NCBI GenBank assembly: GCA_016841385.1
Contig: JAENZF010000003.1
Location: forward strand, 1-42,644
Source: Methanobacteriota archaeon
GTDB lineage: Archaea > Halobacteriota > Methanomicrobia > Methanomicrobiales > Methanoculleaceae
Length of the DNA: 42,644 nt
Direction: 5' to 3'
The position numbers were made by a program, and so were the translations under genes. The first letter of the stretch is position 1. Each line of letters starts with the position of its first letter. Under the pieces are notes generated by a model. It saw only the letters and a program-made list of their open reading frames with translations, made no database searches and was not told where the DNA came from. Shown in pieces: positions 1-8,624 of this stretch.

Positions 1-2
1 TC

Positions 3-158
3 ACGATACGGCAGGCCGGGACGAGCATCAGCCAGATCTGCAGGATGTTCGACGTCAGCAGGAGCACGATCAGCAAGATCCTCGCGGACTACCCCGAACT
101 GAAGGGAGAGTGGAAGGGAGCCCGGCAGGGGGATATTACGGAGGAGCCGAGGGAGTAG
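3..158 (+). CDS. Partial CDS (3' end) with a C-terminal helix-turn-helix, possibly a resolvase/serine recombinase family protein
   Basis: Frame 3 reads TIRQAGTSISQICRMFDVSRSTISKILADYPELKGEW...EEPRE* (TAG 156-158), resembling a resolvase-type HTH. The 5' end is outside the window. Confidence 0.5.
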   Translation, partial: TIRQAGTSISQICRMFDVSRSTISKILADYPELKGEWKGARQGDITEEPRE

Positions 159-453
159 GTGTTTTCCGGCCGTCTCGCCCCCTTCCAGGAACTATCTTTT
201 TTTCGACTGGCTCCGCCCCGAAGCCGGCTTTTGGTGTTGCTCCGGCATACGCGAGTCGATCCCGGGTATGACAGCTCCTCGTCGTCATGCCCGGCACCAC
301 ACCTCCGGTGAAGAGATGCACTGTTTCGCCGTGTCGGAACCCAATCTGTGACCCGGATCGGGTTGCTGCGAGAAGGGGGGACGGCTGTGTGCAGGTTTTT
401 CTGCCCGGGGAGAGAAAACACTCGAAAAAAGGTTTCGGAGGTAGACCCCGGCC

Positions 454-1020
454 CTACAACTGCACCTGGGTGAGCGCGTCGTAGACGATCTTCCGATAGA
501 CGTCGGGCTGCGTCCCGTACTCCTCCTGGGCCTTCCGGGAATCCTCGGTGGTGCCGAACGCATCCAGCCGGTCCAGGGTCTCGCGGGCTGTATCCAGCAC
601 CCAGAGGTCGCGGGTATCGCGGTCCACGACCGAGATCGATTCTACACGGACCGAGACCAAGCAGTTCCCGTCCTGGGTCGTGTAGAGGTTCGGCTTGCCG
701 ACGACGGCGACGAACGCAGGCGGCTCGATCCGGGCAAGCTGCTGCATCGCCTCGGGCTGGTAGGACCCGGCCATGATGAAGAAGGTGCCCGTGGGGTCGA
801 CCACCCGTCCGCGGTAGAAGATGTTCTGGTCGCCCTGCCGCTGCTTCTCCGTGAGGGTCCCGACGATGAAGATCCGGTTGCTCCGGATGCCGCTCGGGAG
901 GATGACGTAGGTCGGGCTCTTCTCGTCCTCGCCATCCTTGAACTGGTAGCGGGTCTCCCGGAGTTCGGATGCGAAGACCCTGCGTGCCGGCTCACGCTCG
1001 AATGCGCTCTGGGGTTTCAT
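454..1020 (-). CDS. RPA-associated OB-fold protein (RPA small-subunit-like)
   Basis: REPARRVFASEL...NRIFIVGTLTE...VVDPTGTF...GSYQPEA motifs; 4-nt overlap with the upstream rpa gene. Confidence 0.85.
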   Translation of the reverse strand: MKPQSAFEREPARRVFASELRETRYQFKDGEDEKSPTYVILPSGIRSNRIFIVGTLTEKQRQGDQNIFYRGRVVDPTGTFFIMAGSYQPEAMQQLARIEPPAFVAVVGKPNLYTTQDGNCLVSVRVESISVVDRDTRDLWVLDTARETLDRLDAFGTTEDSRKAQEEYGTQPDVYRKIVYDALTQVQL

Positions 1021-2303
1021 GCCGCCTCACCCCCGGCGCGGTTCAGCAGTGCAGCCAGTTCCTCGGGCTTGAACGTGATCGGGGTGCAGGAGTTAACGAG
1101 CAGCCTGCCGCCGAACTCGCTCCCCGCGCAGGTGTAGTAGCGCCCGAGCACCGCGTTTCTGATGCGGTAGAAGATCTCGTCCATGCCGAGCGGGTTCGTC
1201 TCCGCGATCGCGACGGCCTCATCAAGGGTGATCCCTGCGAGTTTCTCGACGATCTCACGCTGCATCAGGACGTTGTGGGCACGTATGCCGTCGTCCAGAA
1301 CCGCTTTCAGGCGGAGATCGTAGCGGAAGTTGGGCTGGATCTCATGCACCGGGCAGTAGTTCTGCCGGGAGAGGGTCCGGTTGCAGCCTTCGACAGGGCA
1401 GCGCTTGATCAGGCCCGATCCGGGAGCGACATGGACGAGAGCACCCTGGATCTCGGACTCGTTTCGCCCGACCTCGATATCGCCCTCATCCGTGATGTAC
1501 ATCGCGGTGTTCAGGGCGAGGGAGAGCCTGCCGTTGTATTCGTCGACGGTGGCGTAGAAGATGTTGTAGACGGCATCGAGCTCCAGTTTATCCTTGCCGA
1601 GCGGCTCCTTTGGAGCCGCCGGGCCGGTCCCTCCGGAGGGACCGGCTCCGTCTTCCTTCCATATGACGAACTTGATAGTGCCGGTCTCGTCGCCGAGGAG
1701 CCCTGTCTGGAGCATCCGTTCGTGGGAGACTTCCCAGTCCTGGATGACCTTGGCTCGCACGCTCCCCACGCCGGGCTTCAGCTCGGCAACCGGTGTGACC
1801 GAGGGGAGGAGCGGAGCATCCTTCTCCATCCGGGAGATGGTGGTGCCTGAATGGATCTTCAGGTTCGGTGTGCCTTTGTACTCGTCGACGACCGCGGACT
1901 CGATGCGATACCAGTGGCCGTACTCCATCGCAGGGGCGTTCGCCCGGGTCCAGGTCACGAAGCGTATGGCGCCGCTCGAGTCGGCGACGATCCCGCTCTG
2001 CGCGATCGAGGGTGAAAGCGCCGGGGTCAGGGCGACGATCTTTCCCTCGATCGTCACCCAGTCACCGGGAACGATCTCGCTTATCGGGCGGAGCTCCGTG
2101 GAGGCGTTTCCCACGTTTCCAACACCGGTGAGGTTATACTCGCGGGCGAGATCGGCCGTCACCGTCCGCTCGGCCTCGTCGATGTTGACGCCGAACTCCT
2201 CGGCGAGACGGCGGAGGCGTGATTCGATCTTCTGCCGATCGGGCTGTGCGCCTTTTGCTTCAAGTTTCCGGGAGATTCTCTCTGTTACCTCGGATAGGTT
2301 CAT
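1017..2303 (-). CDS. rpa: Replication protein A (multi-OB-fold ssDNA-binding protein with Zn finger)
   Basis: Repeated OB folds (ADSSGAIRFVTW, GDETGTIKFVIW, VLDDG) and a CPVEGC...CPVH Zn finger. Confidence 0.9.
   Translation of the reverse strand: MNLSEVTERISRKLEAKGAQPDRQKIESRLRRLAEEFGVNIDEAERTVTADLAREYNLTGVGNVGNASTELRPISEIVPGDWVTIEGKIVALTPALSPSIAQSGIVADSSGAIRFVTWTRANAPAMEYGHWYRIESAVVDEYKGTPNLKIHSGTTISRMEKDAPLLPSVTPVAELKPGVGSVRAKVIQDWEVSHERMLQTGLLGDETGTIKFVIWKEDGAGPSGGTGPAAPKEPLGKDKLELDAVYNIFYATVDEYNGRLSLALNTAMYITDEGDIEVGRNESEIQGALVHVAPGSGLIKRCPVEGCNRTLSRQNYCPVHEIQPNFRYDLRLKAVLDDGIRAHNVLMQREIVEKLAGITLDEAVAIAETNPLGMDEIFYRIRNAVLGRYYTCAGSEFGGRLLVNSCTPITFKPEELAALLNRAGGEAA
1601..1646. repeat. Double palindrome inside rpa
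   Basis: GCGGCTCC-TTT-GGAGCCGC (1601-1619) next to a perfect 24-bp palindrome GCCGGTCCCTCCGGAGGGACCGGC (1623-1646). Confidence 0.85.
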
Positions 2304-2607
2304 ACTTACATCTCCAGTCTGTACTTCACCTCATCAGGGTATTAAGACTCGGCCCGCGGCGTGAAAATGAACCAGGGTCCCTCGCCGTGGAAGCCCGCCG
2401 ATGCGGCCGATCGGGGGAGAGCGCGGCAACAGCGGGCCATATCTGGTTTCATGCCACGCGTCTGCCCACGGGGGCGGAAGGCGTCTCTTCACCGGAGGAC
2501 GGGGTCTATGGGCCCGACAGGGTTGCCCACACCCACAGGGGCGGCCGGATGCGTCGTTTTGCAGCCTACGGTCGAATCGGGGCATCTCTGCACCCGATCC
2601 TTGAATG

Positions 2608-2615
2608 TATATATA
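2608..2615 (+). promoter_or_regulatory. TATA box of the DUF1858 gene (likely leaderless transcript)
   Basis: TATATATA about 24 nt upstream of ATG 2639 in a GC-rich context. Confidence 0.65.
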
Positions 2616-2638
2616 GGGGCAGGGACAACATCAGCTGT

Positions 2639-2833
2639 ATGGTATTGAATGCGGACAGTACAATCGCGGACCTCCTTCGGGAGAAGCCCGAGTCGGCACA
2701 GGTACTCTTCCGGTTCGGAATGGGTTGCCTTGGCTGCGCCATCGCAAATAACGAGACGATCCGGGAAGCCGCCCAGGCGCACGGCATCCCTCTCGAAGAG
2801 ATGCTCTCCGCTCTCGGCGTCGCCGAGGCGTGA
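2639..2833 (+). CDS. DUF1858 / hybrid cluster protein-associated redox disulfide domain protein
   Basis: MVLNADSTIADLL..KPE..QVLFRFGMGCLGC...ETIREAAQAHG; start trimmed from ORF 2219..2833. Confidence 0.85.
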   Translation: MVLNADSTIADLLREKPESAQVLFRFGMGCLGCAIANNETIREAAQAHGIPLEEMLSALGVAEA

Positions 2834-2846
2834 AGCAGTAACGATC

Positions 2847-3737
2847 TTATAACCGTTCCCGGAGGCACTTGAGCTCAGCGAGGGTGGCCTCGGGGTTTCT
2901 TTTCATGTAGTTCGCGACCTCCGGGACGTGCAGGAGCGTACAGTCGGCGCACCCCCAGATCTTGCCGCCGCCTGAACTCTCGACCCATTCCCCGAGTTCC
3001 TCGTCGGTGCAGGGGTAGCAGGGGCAGTAGCAATAGTCGCACCGCTGGCCTGGAAAATGGCAGGGGTAGTAGGGGCAGCCCTCTTCCTGCCACTCCACCC
3101 AGTGTTCCCCGCCGTAGCGGCTGTAGATGAAGAACGACGGGTCGCTCCGCCGGACCTCGCCTTCGTGCCGCGCGAGAGCCTCCGGGACACCGTGCAGGAC
3201 GGCCGCATGGACCCGCCGGCCGACTTCGGTCAGCGTCCCGGCGTAGGTATGCACCACCGCGGCGTCGCGCTCGCAGGCGACGGCGACCGCGTCCGTGGTG
3301 GTCCCGGGAAAATCGTAGCCAAGGTCGTGGAGCGCCTGGGCCTTCGCCCCGGTCACGGTGACGATCGTCTCGAGGAGCGCCGCGTTACACATCCCCTCCC
3401 GGCTGTAGACGATGATGTTGATGGTGTGCGGAGCCTCAGGCCTGACGGCCCCCGTCGGGTTGGTCACTCCCGCCGTGATGAAGACCGTGATGAAGTCATA
3501 CTGGAGCACGCAGAGGTGGTGCATACGAACGGCGGTCAGGAGGCCGAAATAATCCCGGAAAAGACCGTGCCGGGCGGCGAGAAGGTCGAGGTGGCGTGGC
3601 GGGTCGTCCTGAAAATCGTGCGGCACCGTGTGGTTCAAGACCGTCGTGACGTCGGCGATACCACCGTTGATGCCGGTGCTCGCTGCCCTGAACCGGCCGC
3701 GAAGGAAAAGAGTATCGTCCCTGACAAAATATCTCAT
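2847..3737 (-). CDS. cbiZ: Adenosylcobinamide amidohydrolase CbiZ fused to a C-terminal cysteine-rich small domain
   Basis: GLLTA, TAGVTN, HTINI and GTTTDAV motifs, then CPYYPCH..QRCDYCYCPCYPC...WGCADCTLLH. Confidence 0.85.
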   Translation of the reverse strand: MRYFVRDDTLFLRGRFRAASTGINGGIADVTTVLNHTVPHDFQDDPPRHLDLLAARHGLFRDYFGLLTAVRMHHLCVLQYDFITVFITAGVTNPTGAVRPEAPHTINIIVYSREGMCNAALLETIVTVTGAKAQALHDLGYDFPGTTTDAVAVACERDAAVVHTYAGTLTEVGRRVHAAVLHGVPEALARHEGEVRRSDPSFFIYSRYGGEHWVEWQEEGCPYYPCHFPGQRCDYCYCPCYPCTDEELGEWVESSGGGKIWGCADCTLLHVPEVANYMKRNPEATLAELKCLRERL

Positions 3738-4096
3738 GCGACGGAGTAATGGACCCGGTCTTTTAATTCCTGCTGTTTGCCCGCGTTCCAGCCCGCAACA
3801 TCCTGGAGGTATCCGGTGACCCTGCTGATCTGCACGACGTCATGGCTCCCGCACTCCGGACAGACGGCATGGCCGCAGAGCGGACAGTAATCGATACTCT
3901 CGACGATAGAGTGGTGGCAGTCGCAGTGGTCAAGCGGGCACATGACCTCAAGCGACATCTCGCCGCAGTGAGGGCAGGGGGTCTCGTCCACGACGAAGTG
4001 GCAGGTGTGGCACTTGTACCGCCGCTCGCCTACAGGGATTTCGTCGAGGCTCCGGTATTTTTCTGCCAGTTTCTGCTGTTCGTGGCTCCAGTTCAT
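3734..4096 (-). CDS. Small Zn-ribbon protein with an NrdD-like C-terminal glycyl-radical motif
   Basis: Multiple CxxC motifs, then CPECGS...ISRVTGYL...WNAGKQQELKDRVHY, matching the class III RNR C-terminus; 120 aa only. Confidence 0.8.
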   Translation of the reverse strand: MNWSHEQQKLAEKYRSLDEIPVGERRYKCHTCHFVVDETPCPHCGEMSLEVMCPLDHCDCHHSIVESIDYCPLCGHAVCPECGSHDVVQISRVTGYLQDVAGWNAGKQQELKDRVHYSVA

Positions 4097-4116
4097 GATA
4101 CCAGTATCTGCAGGAG

Positions 4117-4125
4117 AATATATAA
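4117..4125 (-). promoter_or_regulatory. TATA box for the nrdD-like/cbiZ operon
   Basis: TTATATATT on the minus strand about 21-29 nt upstream of ATG 4096. Confidence 0.6.
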
Positions 4126-4209
4126 CCCTTCAGATGCGGGATGAGCCGCATCCGCCTCAGACCACTCATAGGGTTCGTCATCTCCCGGAGGATCGGAACG
4201 GAGAACTCA

Positions 4210-4845
4210 TCACCGGCGGACGCGGGAGAGGCGTTCGGCTTCGGCCGCCGGGTCCTCTGCCTCGTAGATGCTCCTGCCCACGATGACCCCGTCGACCAGC
4301 CGGGCCACCGTATCGATGTCGCCGCCCTGGGCCCCCACGCCCGGCGAGTAGATCGCCTTTTCGCCGACGATCTCGCGGAGCCGGGCGATCCGTTCCGGGC
4401 GGGTGGCGGGGGCGATGATGCCGTCGGCCCGGCAGGCGACGGCGAGCGTCGCGAGGCTTTCCGCCACGCCACCGTGGAAGAACTCGGTCGCCCCGGGATG
4501 GCTCATCTCGGCGACGATATACGCGGCCCCGCTGTGGTTGTGCGCCACCTCGACGCAGGTCCTCGCGGCATCGGCTCCCACGAATCCATGGGCGATCACG
4601 GCGTCGAACCCGGCCGAGAAGACCGCCTCACAGATGAGGCGGTTGGTGTTGGGGATATCCGCGACCTTGAAGTCGGCGATGAGCGGCAGGCCGAGGCCGG
4701 CGAGGTCCTCGACGATAGAAAGGCCGGCGGAGAGGACAAGGGGGTAGCCGATCTTGACCGCGTCGATGAAAGGCGCACAGGACTCCGCAATTCTCGCCGC
4801 CCCTTTCCGGTCGAGCACGTCCAGGGCAAGGATGAGTTCGGTCAT
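4210..4845 (-). CDS. pyrF: Orotidine 5'-phosphate decarboxylase
   Basis: LILALD, VKIG, DFKVADIPNT, SPGVGAQGG and IVGRSI motifs; ATG 4845 overlaps the dhs stop. Confidence 0.96.
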   Translation of the reverse strand: MTELILALDVLDRKGAARIAESCAPFIDAVKIGYPLVLSAGLSIVEDLAGLGLPLIADFKVADIPNTNRLICEAVFSAGFDAVIAHGFVGADAARTCVEVAHNHSGAAYIVAEMSHPGATEFFHGGVAESLATLAVACRADGIIAPATRPERIARLREIVGEKAIYSPGVGAQGGDIDTVARLVDGVIVGRSIYEAEDPAAEAERLSRVRR

Positions 4846-5777
4846 GCTTCCAGCCTCTCGAGGGTTGCGGCCACGAGGAGCGGCAGGTTGATGGTCGCGT
4901 CGCCGTAGACCGTCGAGGCGGTCGCCTCCCCGGTGAGCTTGCCCCACGACCGGGCTTCATCGAGCGTCGCGCCCGAGAGGCCGCCGAGGTCCGGCCGGTC
5001 GCCGGTGAGCTGCACCGCGTAATCAAACCCGCTCTCGGTCATCAGTTTGCTCTGCAGGATGTAGTTCTTCGGGACACCGCCGCCGACGAGGACGGTCCCG
5101 GCCCGTTCGGCCTCAAAGCACCGGTTGAGGAGCCCGGGCATATCGTCGAACGCGCTGACCACGACCTTGTGTGTCTGGGCAAAAAGCCAGTACTGCAGCC
5201 CGATCATCGAGTCCTGGATGGCAGGACAGTAGACCGGCACCCCGGCCTTTGCCGCCGCTGCAAGGATCCCGGAATCAAGCCGGTTGCCGATCCGGTTGAG
5301 GAGGTCGGAGATCGAGACAGTCGAGCCTTCCGAGAGGGACGAGTAGACGTCCTGCATGAACTCTTCGAACATGATGAACGCCTCGTTCGGGAGGAAGATG
5401 TCGTAGATCCGGTTGACCCCCTCCTCGCAGAGTTCGGCATCGGAGACCCGGGAGGTCCCGTGGTAGTGGTGGCAGCCGATCGCCTCGATGACGTCGTGGG
5501 TGAGGTTCGCCCCCGTCGAGACGAGCACGTCGATATGTCCCCGCCCGATGAGGTCGGCGACGATGCCCCCCATGCCGCCGGGCACCATGGCGCCCGAGAG
5601 GCCGAAGAACTTCAGCGCCCTCTCGTCGCGGAGCATCCGCTCGTAGATGTTGACCGCCTGCCAGAGGGATCCCCCGTTGTAGGCTCCGGCTTTCCCGAGT
5701 TCATCGACGAGTTCGCCGACCGTCATGCCGGGGCGCACCCGTGCCTGTTGTACCGCATCCCCATATTTGAAGGTCAT
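4842..5777 (-). CDS. dhs: Deoxyhypusine synthase
   Basis: STGANLTHD, RIYD, CPAIQDS, GGGVPKN, GGLSGATLDEARSWGK and GDAT motifs; start set at MTFKYGD. Confidence 0.95.
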   Translation of the reverse strand: MTFKYGDAVQQARVRPGMTVGELVDELGKAGAYNGGSLWQAVNIYERMLRDERALKFFGLSGAMVPGGMGGIVADLIGRGHIDVLVSTGANLTHDVIEAIGCHHYHGTSRVSDAELCEEGVNRIYDIFLPNEAFIMFEEFMQDVYSSLSEGSTVSISDLLNRIGNRLDSGILAAAAKAGVPVYCPAIQDSMIGLQYWLFAQTHKVVVSAFDDMPGLLNRCFEAERAGTVLVGGGVPKNYILQSKLMTESGFDYAVQLTGDRPDLGGLSGATLDEARSWGKLTGEATASTVYGDATINLPLLVAATLERLEA

Positions 5778-6323
5778 GATAGTGTTACACCAGCTCTCTG
5801 GAGAGAGTTGGTATTCATGCACTATAATGGATCGTCTTTTCGTGAGACCGTCACGGGGTGCGCCCGTAGGATAACTCGTCTGCACCTGCTGTGCCTGAAC
5901 CCCCGACGTCCCGTTGGGTATGGATGCGTCAGGACCCTCTTTTGGGAGACGCAGGGCCTCTCCTCCGGGGTGCATCCTCGCCTATACCGTATCCGACATG
6001 AGTGTAACGGGATCGCAATTCGAAAACCGGGCTGAGAGAGGTATCAGGCAAAAATTACTGCAATTTTGCGGGAACCCGGGGTCGGGTCCCCGCTGCCAGA
6101 CAGGGGATGACTGGTTATTCGACACGGGATGATCCCACTCGTCCCGCCGTGTCGGGGGTCCGGATATACCGGATCATCTCTGGAAGAGCGGACTTTCGGG
6201 CCGGAAACGGAAGAGTACCCGGAGGGCTACCTTCGTCTTCGTTCCGTGCATACTCGGCTGCGAACCCGTACAGCCTGCCGCTGAACCCTGTTTGCCCGGG
6301 GTGGCACCGTCGTGGGCGGGAGG

Positions 6324-7604
6324 TCACGGTTGCTTGTGGAGGCTACAGTCACACCCCCGGTCCGATTGAAGCATAGCCTGCTGCCACGCGGGGACGCCAC
6401 GCATCAGCGGGCGTGCAAGGTGCCGGCGGGCGGTGGGGGGGACCTCGTACCACCCGGGCCGGAGCAGCCGCTCCAGTCTCTCTACCTCGGGCTCGCGGCT
6501 GCGGGCCCCACAGACCCTGCACTTGTAGCCCTTCCCCGTCCCGGCGCTCGTCATCCGCTTTCCACAGGCCGGGCAGACCGGCGGGCGGACGCGGACCGCA
6601 TCGGCAAGAAGGCAGATCCCGAGTTTCTCGAGGTTGAGGCTCCCACCCTTGTAACTCCCGGCCGCGACCACCACGTCGCCCGGGACGAGTTCCCTCACGA
6701 CGTCCCGGAACCCCTTGGTCGGCTCGTAGGCCATACAGCGGACCTCAACGCCTCCGTCTGCGAGGAGAAGCGAGACATGGCCGCCCGGCCCGGTGGTCGG
6801 GGATCCCACGACCGTGCCCCGCAACAGGTACGACCGCCCTTCCCGGAGTTCTCCGATCGTCCCCGGGACCAGGTGGGTGTCCGTCCCCTGGTTGGTGGTG
6901 TAGACCTGTTCGCAGGCCGGCTCCTCCGAGTGGACATAGGACCTGGCCTCCCTGACCCAGGCCGGGCTCTCCCCCCGGATGCCGAAGAGGACCGGGTCGG
7001 GTGTATGAGGCACGCAGACCACCAGATCGTTCTCCCGGTCCACCGTGTCCCAGGTATGGGGGCCGGTCGTCTCCTCGGCGCGAAAGAGGCTCGAGCGGTC
7101 CACCTGCCGCGGAGTGCCCCACATCCCCTGCTTCCGGTAGGCAAGCAGTTCGTAGGTCCGGTCGGGCAGAACGCTCGCAACCGCCGCCGTTGCGCCGATA
7201 AGACCGCGCCGGTTCTTGTAGCCCCGGTATCGGGCCCCGACCGACTCGAGCACCTCGACGGCCTCTTCCACGGTGCAAAAGTCTCGGAGCGCTGCGTAAT
7301 AGAAGTCCGGCGGTGGCCGGACGCGGGAGACCGCCACGCCCGGGTTGGTGCCGGCGGCGTCGAACTCCGCGAGTTCTTCCACGCACGCGCAGGTGAGTGC
7401 GAACGTTGCCTCCATATCGCCCTCGGCCTCGATGCAGACCGCCGCGTTCCCCCGGGTCTTGTGGATGACGTTCGGGTTCAGCCTGACCAGTCGGGCTTCG
7501 ACGACACGGACCCCTGCTTGCGCGAGCCGCCGCACCAGAACCGCCCCGATATAGGTGGTGCACATCCCGGCAGGGGAATCCGTGTCATCGATCCCGATCC
7601 ACAT
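6324..7604 (-). CDS. tiaS: tRNA(Ile2) 2-agmatinylcytidine synthetase
   Basis: IGIDDTDS..GMCTT, RLNPNV..KTRGN, PDPVLFGIRG, TNQGTD, Zn ribbon and RHLARP motifs. Confidence 0.95.
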   Translation of the reverse strand: MWIGIDDTDSPAGMCTTYIGAVLVRRLAQAGVRVVEARLVRLNPNVIHKTRGNAAVCIEAEGDMEATFALTCACVEELAEFDAAGTNPGVAVSRVRPPPDFYYAALRDFCTVEEAVEVLESVGARYRGYKNRRGLIGATAAVASVLPDRTYELLAYRKQGMWGTPRQVDRSSLFRAEETTGPHTWDTVDRENDLVVCVPHTPDPVLFGIRGESPAWVREARSYVHSEEPACEQVYTTNQGTDTHLVPGTIGELREGRSYLLRGTVVGSPTTGPGGHVSLLLADGGVEVRCMAYEPTKGFRDVVRELVPGDVVVAAGSYKGGSLNLEKLGICLLADAVRVRPPVCPACGKRMTSAGTGKGYKCRVCGARSREPEVERLERLLRPGWYEVPPTARRHLARPLMRGVPAWQQAMLQSDRGCDCSLHKQP

Positions 7605-7652
7605 AACCCTCTAGTTTATATCGTTCTCCGGCTATATCGATTCTTACGGGTT

Positions 7653-8567
7653 ATGTCGCAGGATCGCCTTCCTCAGATGGTCATCAGCATCATGCTTCTC
7701 GCGGACTTCGACGTCTCGGAGCGGTGCAACATCCGTCCGCGGAGTTTCGACCTTATCGCGAAGAAAGGCGACAACCTCGTCATCATCAAAGTCGCCTCTC
7801 ACATCGACAGCGTGAGTGCCGACATCGCCTGGGATCTCAACCTGATCGCCCGGTACCTTCGGGCCACTCCTCTCATCGTCGGAGAGCGGGCGCGTGATGC
7901 GGATCTCGAACGTGGAGTTGTCTACATCCGCTACGGGCTCTTTGCCCTCAGCCCCGAGACGCTCTACGACTACTTCGTGGAAGGGCTCTCCCCGATGGTC
8001 TACGCATCCCCCGGCGGCCTCTACGTGAAGATCAAAGGCGACCTCTTGCGTGAGGTGCGGGAGCGCTCCCGGATGTCGCTTGGGGACCTGGCGTCGCACC
8101 TCGGGGTCTCCCGCCGGACCATCAGCAAGTACGAGAGCGGGATGGGCACCACGCTCGATGTCGCCATCAGGCTTGAGGAACTCTTCAACGCCCCGCTCGT
8201 CGAGACGATCGAGCTCATCGGCTACCGCTCCCCTGAGCCTGAGAAGCCTCCGGAAGCCACGGCCGGCGATGTCCTTGTCGATCTCGAACGCATGGGGATG
8301 GAGATCCACGCGATGCGGCAGGCCCCGTTCCAGGCACTGGCGCTCTTTGACCGGCATACGATCCTGACGGCCTACGGGACCTCCCAGAAGATCATAAAGC
8401 GCGCTTCCCTCATCGGGAACATCTCCCAGATCACGAAGACGTTTGCGGTTTGCGTCGTCACAGATTACAAAAAACAGAAAAAAATCGGGAAAACCCTCCT
8501 TATCGGCGAAGAGCATCTCCACACCCTCGAAGACGGCTCGGAACTCATAGATATGATGAACGAGTGA
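7653..8567 (+). CDS. Conserved archaeal Cro/C1-type HTH transcriptional regulator
   Basis: RPRSFDLIA...LIVG...GVVYIRYG...PGGLYV...MSLGDLASHLGVSRRTISKYE; divergent from tiaS; start trimmed from ORF 6312..8567. Confidence 0.9.
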   Translation: MSQDRLPQMVISIMLLADFDVSERCNIRPRSFDLIAKKGDNLVIIKVASHIDSVSADIAWDLNLIARYLRATPLIVGERARDADLERGVVYIRYGLFALSPETLYDYFVEGLSPMVYASPGGLYVKIKGDLLREVRERSRMSLGDLASHLGVSRRTISKYESGMGTTLDVAIRLEELFNAPLVETIELIGYRSPEPEKPPEATAGDVLVDLERMGMEIHAMRQAPFQALALFDRHTILTAYGTSQKIIKRASLIGNISQITKTFAVCVVTDYKKQKKIGKTLLIGEEHLHTLEDGSELIDMMNE

Positions 8568-8572
8568 ATAGA

Positions 8573-8580
8573 TTTATATA
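8573..8580 (+). promoter_or_regulatory. TATA box of the thermosome gene
   Basis: TTTATATA about 45 nt upstream of ATG 8625; GGTGA Shine-Dalgarno at 8615-8619. Confidence 0.65.
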
Positions 8581-8624
8581 GAACTACAAACCTACCTTTC
8601 TATCGCTTAACAACGGTGATACCT

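Noticed and set aside
3436-3456. Short palindromes in cbiZ (TCAGGCCTGA, GACGG-CCC-CCGTC)
   Set aside because: Too short to distinguish from chance without orthologue alignment.
6312-7652. 751-aa ORF suggesting a long N-terminal extension on the HTH regulator
   Set aside because: Antisense shadow of tiaS in GC-rich DNA; the recognisable protein starts at ATG 7653, downstream of a TTTATA box.
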